DNA of 32,062 nt, taken from contig NC_068983.1 in the NCBI RefSeq assembly GCF_001194135.2, forward strand, positions 71,153,493 to 71,185,554, given 5' to 3'. Positions 23,091 through 32,062 of the stretch are shown in pieces. Position numbers and translations under genes: made by a program. Under the pieces are notes generated by a model. The model was given only the letters and a program-made list of their open reading frames with translations. It did no database searches and was not told the DNA's origin. How positions within the stretch are numbered: position 1 is the stretch's first letter; each line of letters starts with the position of its first letter. The DNA is from Octopus bimaculoides. Taxonomy: Eukaryota.

Positions 23091-24851
23091 AGAAAGAGAT
23101 AATCGATTTAATCAGATAATCAAAATAAAATATTTTGACTGTTAAGTTATATATTGATATCAGAATACTAACATATCTTAAAACATTCAACTACATAGTT
23201 TATTCAATTTAAGTATCAAATTGTGTGTTGAAGAAAATGAAATTAGTGTAGTTTTATTTTCAATTACCTATACGCTGTTGGAAAATTACACGATAACCCA
23301 ATAATTCCTAAATTTTCTACACGTGAAGTAATTTAGTTTGTTAGAGTTGGTTTCCATAACAAAAGAAGAAAATTATACATTATATGAATTCTTGAAGATG
23401 CGATCTTTAGAAGATGTGGCACTTACCGCTTCCTAAAACTGGCAATTTTTTGCGGTAATAAATTTTTTTTCAAAATTGCTTACATAAAATTTGAAATGAA
23501 CTGCCGTACCATTAAACGCAACACATATGAAACCAACATATATGAAATGCTGTGCTTAGTGAGAGTAGCGCCATCTATACAGCTATATGTAATTTACAGT
23601 TTTCAACGTAAATTATCGGTAAGTATATCCGTTGTGTTCTATACAATCTATGGATAATAAAACTTCATAAAAGCTGAAGCATGACACGAGGCGAGAGGAG
23701 TAGGTTTTGATATGTTAATACAAACAAGAATAATTTCTGGAACTGATTAGATATAAAAACGATAACTCCAGCTAATGACTGATCTAATGCAATTGATTAG
23801 TAAACATAATATGACTAATGAGAGAAGACTGTACGTCTGATAGCTAATCTCTGAACAGTTGTTACTATATTCCAATGAAGCGTATAAGGCACTCAGCGAT
23901 TTATGAATATTCAGTAATATAAAAAAACATACATTGAAGCCATCTATTTAACAACCTATTTATTAATTCACAATAATATGATGTGTGTGACATTTTTCGT
24001 TAATTTGTATTGACATATATTGGAATTACTAAATAAAGATCAATGAAGTGTTCAGATATGAGGACCACGACCACTCCCTAGGCAGAATAATTGTAATGCT
24101 AGTATAGGTTCCATTTCTTCAACCGTCTGTATGTACGGTAAAAAGTATACAATTTGAAATAACTCTTAACTGTAAATTACACATTAAAAAAAACAGTCAA
24201 AACCGACGATTCGATCCTATTTTATGACAGATAAAAAGCAAAAAAAAAAAACTGTTGAAGCCCAAGTTCACATGTTACTAGATTCCAGCTGTGGAAGCGC
24301 CTCTAAGCTGCGCCCATAACCAAAATACATTCATTGCAACAAAGGTGTCATGGGAATGAAAGAGCACTTCAAGAGGCAATAAGATAACGAATGATAAATA
24401 ATAAATGGCTAGTACTATTTATAATAAAATGGGAAAAAATATCATGCAAGACAAAATTATTTCCGATAACAAAAAGCGTAAAGCAAACTCGACAATGTTA
24501 CTTCATTTAAGTACAGTAGTATATATCAAAGTTGGATTACTTTGCTGTCAGAAGAAAAAATGCATGAGCTCTATTAAATTTCATCCTAGACAATTCGGTG
24601 AAGGATAAATAAGATAAATTTCTAAGTACAGTATTACAACCATCATCTGTCCTCCCTTGTGTGCATCAGCAGTACTTTAATTCCGGATTAAGCTACTTCC
24701 TTTAGCTGCCAGGCGTAGTTAACATAAGTTTTAGGAATGTTACTTAAGGCAGATCGATACACTAAATTTCTAAACAATATCTCCTAGAAATTCTTTATCA
24801 GTTTTAATTTTTTCCATATTAATATGCAGTTTATATGTGTGTGCATGTATG

Positions 24852-24885
<34 letters not shown>

Positions 24886-25214
24886 TGTTTTCTTCTGTTT
24901 TTAATTATTTAAATTCTTCCTGTGGGGAAGGAGCTCGTTTCTAACAAAAATACAAAGCTCCATTGTTGTAAAGTAGATAATGTAAACAATATCACATTTT
25001 AAACTTGAGAGAAGTCTTGCATTTTTTTATTGCTTCACTTACAGATTGTATCTGTAATGTGCGAGTCAGTTGGTTGGTCTTGTTTTCTGGAAATCCAAGC
25101 TCATCCAGGCTGTCAGATAGGGAAATCCTCAGAAAACCAAGGGCACCAACTTATAGTTATAAATGCAAATTTATAATCTGAATATAGAAGCTGGAGGTGT
25201 CCGCAGTTATCTTC

Positions 25215-25248
25215 TTTCTCTCTCTCTCTCTGTGTCTGTCTGTCTGTC

Positions 25249-25328
<80 letters not shown>
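25215..25328. repeat. (CT)n/(CTGT)n compound microsatellite
   Basis: Directly visible. Confidence 0.95.
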
Positions 25329-25331
<3 letters not shown>

Positions 25332-26869
25332 GATTTTCAAAGAAATATTCTCATCAGCAAGACCGCTTATCTCCATGACGTTACACACTTTCTCTTGTCC
25401 GTCTCAAACAACAATATCCAGTTTCTTATGCTTACACTTCACAGCTATTTTTGGAATGTTCCAGCAGTATTCCTTGTAGTGACGTCTGTTTGCGTTTTCA
25501 ATAACAGGGGGGGTTCTCTATATTTTTTGGAATGGTATTGTATATCGTTTGTACGACAACGTCCTGTTGCATATGGAGGTAGTAACTTAACGTCATTTTT
25601 GGAGGCAAAGTTAAAAGGAAGAATAGTGAACTGTGTTAGCGACGTATCAATCATATAGGCTACTACGTGATCCAATAAGATCTTCAAAGAGCCAACAATT
25701 ATCTCTATAAACACGTTAGAAATATAAAAAAATTTATGCAAGGAAATGTTTGTTTTGAATCAGATTAGTTATGATTCAGATATACATACATATTTTTCCA
25801 GTACACACTGGCACCATGCATATGTTCCTAGAGTAATACTTTTTGTACATTTATTAAAAGGTGTCAGAGTTGTTAGAGCATCGAAAGCCGTGTATAGTAT
25901 TCATTTCAACTCTTCATTTGGAGGTCAAATTTGCCTTTCCTACTTTCAGCTTTAATAAATTTGTTTCTCTCCCTCTCATTCTTTCTTTCATTCAATATTT
26001 TCTTTCTTCTTGACAAAAAATAAAAGAAATCTTTTGAACACAAACCGTTTATCTAAGGAAGAAATCGGCTATATATGCCCAACAAATATTAAGTCAGAAA
26101 CTTAAGTTTCCATAAGGTGCCGAGTGCCCAGGAAAGAAACGAGAAAGAAGCGAGTGAAAAGACATACTTATTAGGTTATGGTTTATACTTTAAGATATGT
26201 ATGAACAAACAAATTCATCGTCTTTAGAATGACGTTGATCATCATATAAATGCTTAAGGAGAGCAGTGGTTAACTAATAACACCATCAGTAGATTAATAC
26301 GATAAACTAAAACAAATTTGTTTATAAGAAGTGATGTTATATTTTCTTTACAAGCTGTGCAGCCATGTGTTTTCTTTAAAACTTAAACTGTTTTGTTTGA
26401 GAAATAGATGATACACGATTAAGAAATATTTAAGACGAAATCCTATTCACATTAACATTATCGAACAAAAGCGGAAGCAGTATCCTTCGTAATATTGTTT
26501 GGTTCAATTGAGAAATGATGCTCCGGATCTCAATCGCAGTCTATTGTTTCCAATGTTCTGCTATATTTACTCATATATCGGTGATTCAGCTTTACAAATT
26601 GATCGTGCGCTATCGTCAATATAATTGAAAAGCTCTTATTTGTGTGTGTTTGTGTGTTTGAGTGTGTACCTGTGTTTGTGTTTGTGTGTTAGTGTATGTG
26701 TGCGCGTGTGTGCCTATGTTTGTTTATGTGTGTGTTAGTGTGTATGTGTGTATGCGTGTCTGTGTATGTGTCTGTGTGTCTGTGTGTGTGTGGGTCTGTG
26801 TGTGTGTCTGTCTGTGTACATACATATATACATGCTTGCATAATTGCAAATGTGATTGTATATTATATA

Positions 26870-27734
26870 CACGAGGTCAGATCAATAAGTATCTGAACCT
26901 TGGCATAGTAACGAAGCTAAAGCACGTAGATTAAAGCCGCTAGAAATAGATTGATCTCTTACTCTGCTATACATGTGAACTAAGTTTTAACGTACTAGCT
27001 CACTTTTACTGTTTACAGCAGTGCTTGGAAGGAACGTGTGTAGCGTCTGATCGTCTCATTGATCATGACAGAGAAAGTTGTGGGGATACCTGCTAAGTGT
27101 GGAAGGAGCGTATGAGGCACACATAAGTGTACGAGTGGTTCAGACGTTTCCAAGATAGCTGAAAAAATGTCGATAGTGACGAACGTTCTGGGAAACCCGC
27201 AACCAGCAGAACTGAGGAAAACATTACAGATGTGTGTGCAGCTGAGGAGAATCGTCGAATCAACGTCCGTGACTTATCAGAGGATGTGCAGATAAGTTAC
27301 GGTTCAGTTCAGTCCATTATCGCTGAATATTTGGGTATGAGACGCGTGTCTGCCAAGTTTGTTCCAAAACTGCTTTCAGCTGACCAAAAGGACACTCGGG
27401 TTTCAGCTGCTCAAGATCTTCTTGATTGTGTCGAGAACGGTGAAAACGTTTTGAAAACCTTGCGTAGGCCTCTGAGCAGGTATCGCTAGTCTTTTGGCAA
27501 AGTTTGATGGAGATACTCTGCTCAAATTTTTCTGTCATGGTCAATACGACGATCACACGCTACATAAGTTCCTTCCAAGCACTGCTGTAAAGAACGGAAG
27601 TGAACTAGAATGTTAAAACTTAGTGTGCATACACAACAGAGTTTAAGGTCAACTTGTACCAAGCGGCTCGAGTCTGCGTGGTATAGCTTCGTTACTATGG
27701 CAAAAGTCCTCATACTTATTGACCAGACCACATG
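26870..27734 (+). mobile_element. Non-autonomous fold-back mariner (DD34D-type) with long inverted arms
   Basis: TA flanks at 26868-69 and 27735-36. The arms share exact blocks, e.g. TTTACAGCAGTGCTTGGAAGGAAC (27012-27035 vs reverse complement of 27568-27591). The plus strand encodes VYEWFRRF..DSDERSGKP..RRINVRDLSEDVQISYGSVQSII..LGMRRVSAKFVPKLL; the minus strand encodes MTEKFEQSISIKLCQK (EQR..IKF-like N-terminus). Confidence 0.9.
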
Positions 27735-27738
27735 TATA

Positions 27739-28593
27739 CAGGGTGCGTGAATATATTATCTGCTAAATTAAGCAAAAATGAAAATAACACTGATATATCA
27801 ATTTAACATAAAAATATCTTGAAATACTAAGGAGTAAATTTATTCAGTAAAATCGCCATTGGCTTCAACCATGGCGTCCAGATGACTTCGGAATCTTCTG
27901 CAACTCTCTTTGAGGTCTCTTAGTTTAAGTTGGTTAATGCTGCCATAATTCTTGCCTTCAGTTCATCTTTAGTGTTACAAGGAGTTTTGTTAGTCGATCG
28001 CTCAACTGTGCCCCACACCTAATAAAGGGGGTTGCAGTCTGGGGAGTTAGGTGGCCAGATGTTAGGGATGATGTGGTCGCAGAAATTGTCTGACAGCCAT
28101 GACTGGGTTCTCCTGCTTGTGTGGCATGGTACAGAGACCTGTTGGCAGAGATAGCGTCTTCCAGAAGCCACTCTTTTGACCCAGGGCAGCACTAACCCCT
28201 CCAATCACTTGATGTAGGCATCTGTGTTGAGTCTGAGGATTTGAGGGAAGATGAATGGAGGCATAACGTCGCCACCACTAGTGATCAGTCCAAACACTAT
28301 GATGTTGAATGGTTATTTGATTTTTAACCCTCTTGGAACATATTTGGAGGACACGGCAAGCCAACGGTTGTTCATCATTTGTTCGTATTCGAACTTCCGG
28401 CGCAATTGCCAAGCAATACAGCATGTGGTTTACAAATTTCTGGCAGAGTGAATTGCATCATGGTGCTGTTTTTCTCTCAGATAATAGCCAGGTGAGCCTA
28501 CTATACTGTGTAGTCCACAAAATCAAAGACAAACAGTGCACATGCATCGAAATTAAAAATATAAAATGGCGACAATTTACCAATCGCACATTG
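27739..28593 (-). mobile_element. Internally deleted DD37D (maT-like) Tc1/mariner element
   Basis: Ends CAGGGTGCG.. / ..CGCACATTG with TA flanks. The minus strand reads VFGLITSGGDVMPPFIFP..LNTDAYIK*LE..LPWVK..LCQQVSVPCHTSRRTQ..WPPNSPDCNPLY*VWG. There are 37 residues between the inferred second and third Asp positions (now V and Y). Candidate ATG at 28461. Confidence 0.88.
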
Positions 28594-28628
28594 TATATAT
28601 ACTTATATTGTATATTATATATTATTTA

Positions 28629-28659
<31 letters not shown>

Positions 28660-28865
28660 NNNNNNNNNNNNNNNNNNNNNNNNNNNNNNNNNNNNNNNNN
28701 NNNNNNNNNNNNNNNNNNNNNNNNNNNNNNNNNNNNNNNNNNNNNNNNNNNNNNNNNNNNNNNNNNNNNNNNNNNNNNNNNNNNNNNNNNNNNNNNNNNN
28801 NNNNNNNNNNNNNNNNNNNNNNNNNNNNNNNNNNNNNNNNNNNNNNNNNNNNNNNNNNNNNNNNN
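28660..28865. other. Assembly gap
   Basis: N run flanked by (AT)n. Confidence 1.
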
Positions 28866-28900
<35 letters not shown>

Positions 28901-29735
28901 TATTATATCATATATTATATTTCATATATGTGTTAGTATGTCTGTGTGTGTGTGTACACATCCACACAGTTGAACTTTACACACACAAATAGATAGTTTG
29001 TTATATACAGACACATAGAAGCACATATAGAGAGGAAGGAGTAGGTTGGAATACACTATCTCTCTCTCTCTCTCTCTCTCTCTTTCCTTCTCTCTCTCTT
29101 TCTCTTCCTGAATATAGATATTTATGCATTTATATATAAAATTTTTAATTCTTCTACATGTATACAAGATATATATGCACATAGCATATGTATATACGCA
29201 TATTCCTCTACGCATACAATGCAATACGGACTTAAATAAATACGGTAATCGTCATTGAGGTTAAAGAACACATGCCACTTGTCGTGATGTGTATATGTAC
29301 AAACTATATGAATCTATTTTATCGACTCAACAATATTCTTAGCTTAGATTTGTAATATGTTAAAGAGAATAACCTAAAACACAATTTTTAGAGAATTCTG
29401 CGTTTATGAGAGAAGAGATTTAAGATGTGATAGTATCTAGTATTTTCCCTACTTTATCTAATCTAAAATGCATTCAGAGTTGTTTCTTTTTCTTTTTATA
29501 GTTTTAAACGATTAAATATCTTCACATGATATTGTAGTTTTGAGTTTCCTCCAAGCCTGACCATGTTCTCAATCAAAATAATCTATATAAATCAATATTG
29601 GATTAATTTTACTACTTCAAATCTATGATTGCTTTCGGTAGATGGAAATTTATATTTCAAAATGCATTAACCCCTTAGTGGCTTCATATTATAACTACAT
29701 AGTGTTATACATACATGCATACATACATACATATG

Positions 29736-29769
<34 letters not shown>

Positions 29770-29845
29770 ATTGTGTGTGTGTGTGTTTGAATATTTGCGT
29801 GTATGTTTGTGTGCGAGCGTTTCTCTCTCTCTCTCCCTCTCTCTC

Positions 29846-29897
29846 NNNNNNNNNNNNNNNNNNNNNNNNNNNNNNNNNNNNNNNNNNNNNNNNNNNN
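29846..29897. other. Assembly gap
   Basis: N run between (CT)n and (GT)n. Confidence 1.
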
Positions 29898-29950
<53 letters not shown>

Positions 29951-29983
29951 ATATATATATATACATATCCATATATATATATC

Positions 29984-31260
29984 ATGAAGAAGATCAACAA
30001 CTTGGTTTCAAAACACTACAAATCACTTACCGATAATGAAAGAGAATACATCACCAATTTCCAGCCAAAACCCAGAAACTTCTACGGCTAACTGAAAATA
30101 CATAGCTCAAAGAATACTCAACATGCAGTAAAAGAACAAGAAAGTGAGTACATCAAATTACTATATCCAAAAGACTTAAAACTTAGACCTATTATAGCTG
30201 GTCCAGCATGCCCTACACACCATCGAAGCAATTTTATTGACATTGTTTTGAAACCACTATGTACATACATACCCAGTTTCATCTGAGATGACATCGACTT
30301 CTTGCCCCATCTTCCCAAAGCAACAGAAACGAATTCACGTTTACTTAGTTTTAATGCGCTAAGCCTTTACACCAATATTCCACATGATTTAGGAATAAAG
30401 CCGATTAAATAATGTGTAGAAAAACACAGAGAAGAGATTCCCAACAGATTCACAGTGCCACGTGTTGTTTCGGGGAAACAACACATTCTTTTTCAATGGA
30501 AAGAATTACATTTAAATCAAAGGCACGGCGATAGGAATGAGGTTTACTCCCGTTTACGCGAATTATGTAATGGGATACTTAGAACAACAACTCTACCAAG
30601 AAGTTGAGGAAAGCTATAGCACTGAATTTAGAAAGTATATTGAAAAGGCATGGAAGAGATAACTTGACTGCTTCATAATCTGGACAGAATCTCTAAATAC
30701 TCTAGAAGAGTTCAATATTCACCTGAACAACCTACATCCATCTCTCCAATTTACAAAAGAGATGAGTAGTACCAAATTACTATTCTTAAATATGATGGTA
30801 ATTAAAAAGGACACCACCATTACCACAGATATATACCTGAATTTTAAGTCGTGCCATCCATCACATACAAAACGCAACATCCAATACTGCCTAGCCAAAA
30901 GAATTTGCACCATTGTAGAAGATGCGAATATCAGGAATAAATACGTAACAGAACTAAGAGAATTTTTACTCAAACAAAAATACCCGCCTCTACTTATAGA
31001 AAATGGTATAAAGTAGGCTATGAAAATACCCATACAACAACTTAGGACAACCTAAAAAGAGGAAAACAAGAACAAGTGATACCATTTATAGTGACACACA
31101 ACTCATGTCACCAGAATATCTTCAACATTGCCAAAGCAAACCCAATCATCGTTCAAATTACTGAATTAAAAGATATAATCACGGATCGAGCTATGGTTCT
31201 TGGTAAAAGACAGCCCCAAAACTTGAAAAAGTTATTAAGAAAAGCAAGTTTGACCTTAGC
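29984..31260 (+). pseudogene. Penelope-like element RT pseudogene (GIY-YIG domain absent)
   Basis: EYITNFQPKPRNFYG*LKIH, LKLRPIIAG, SLYTNIPH (30362), KGTAIG (about 30519), WKR*LDCF (30651; degenerate RYxDD), LNNLHPSLQFT, SCHPSHTKRNI, KRQPQNLKKLL, with multiple stops and frameshifts. Confidence 0.92.
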
Positions 31261-32062
31261 AACAAAGACCAATCACTTTTTGATTTTCTAGGTGTTTACG
31301 CTCGGTTTGCATTCTTGAGTATTGTAATATCTTTGTTAATAGAATGGGCTCTTCAATATCTTTACATTGTTTGGTTACCCAACTTTCTGTTGCTTATCTT
31401 ATTTTCCTCTTAATATTATTGTATATTCGTGCATATGTTTCATGTATCCTGTTCTTTCTTTTGTGTTTCTATTATTACTTTCCCTTGTCATATATTTATA
31501 TATATAAGTACATCCAATATTCTGTTTGAGATTGATAGTTTCAGTTTGGGATGACTTATCTATAGAACTACACTAAGCATCGCATCAGTTGTGAGCTTCT
31601 ATTTGAATGGTCCGGGTAGGCTTGCATATTCCCAGGTAGCGTTATATTATGTTTTTAAAGCTGTTTGACAACGGCAGAAGTTGTAGTCCTCTCTATAAGT
31701 GTCGAAATTACACTGATATCCGTCAAGCTACTGATGAGGGGTTTCCCTGCTTTGTTAAGTTTATTCTTTAGGACTCTATGTTCTAAGATTACTTGATTGA
31801 TATTATAAAAGTTCAGGTATGTTCGTTGTATGTTGTTTATATGCTTATAAATTTCAATGTTTGATTCTGAGATTTGCTCGTGTGATCACGTAGATTTATT
31901 TTTATATATCTTCAAGTTTTAAGTCAAATATGTAATTGAAGAGTTTTTAAGGATTTTCGGTTTGTGTATTTCACACCTTAGGATTGTATGCGTTTACATT
32001 ATTTAAATTCATCGAGAAAACTTATCTTATTTCAACGGTATTGGATAAATACGTTGCATGTA

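Noticed and set aside
25445-25741. 98-aa non-repetitive minus-strand ORF
   Set aside because: No recognisable domain or coherent splice structure; the length is compatible with chance.

Overview
AT-rich, microsatellite-dense eukaryotic non-coding DNA with five N-gaps. The repeat landscape (tRNA-head SINEs, long (AT)n/(GT)n/(CT)n arrays) resembles an Octopus-type cephalopod genome; this is an inference from recall. No intact host gene, rRNA, tRNA or CRISPR is recognisable, and most ORF-track entries are microsatellite translations. The window is a layered record of decayed transposons: two Penelope-like (PLE) RT fragments, one with a perfect 72-bp fold-back arm; a ~1.7-kb R4/Dong-clade LINE remnant (RT C-terminus, CCHC knuckle, REL endonuclease) split by a Deu/Nin-type SINE with an exact 20-bp TSD; a second REL-endonuclease fragment (HERO/NeSL-like); RTE-like and CR1/L2-like 3' remnants; several SINEs; and three Tc1/mariner remnants, including a fold-back mariner abutting a DD37D (maT) element. 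The most intriguing signals are unproven. All seven ACTTAC sites (minus-strand GTAAGT donors) I found in unique DNA or at the edge of a LINE remnant lie 3n nt from the nearest YAG, suggesting a possible micro-exon gene. There are also degenerate hammerhead-like motifs with palindromic stem III.
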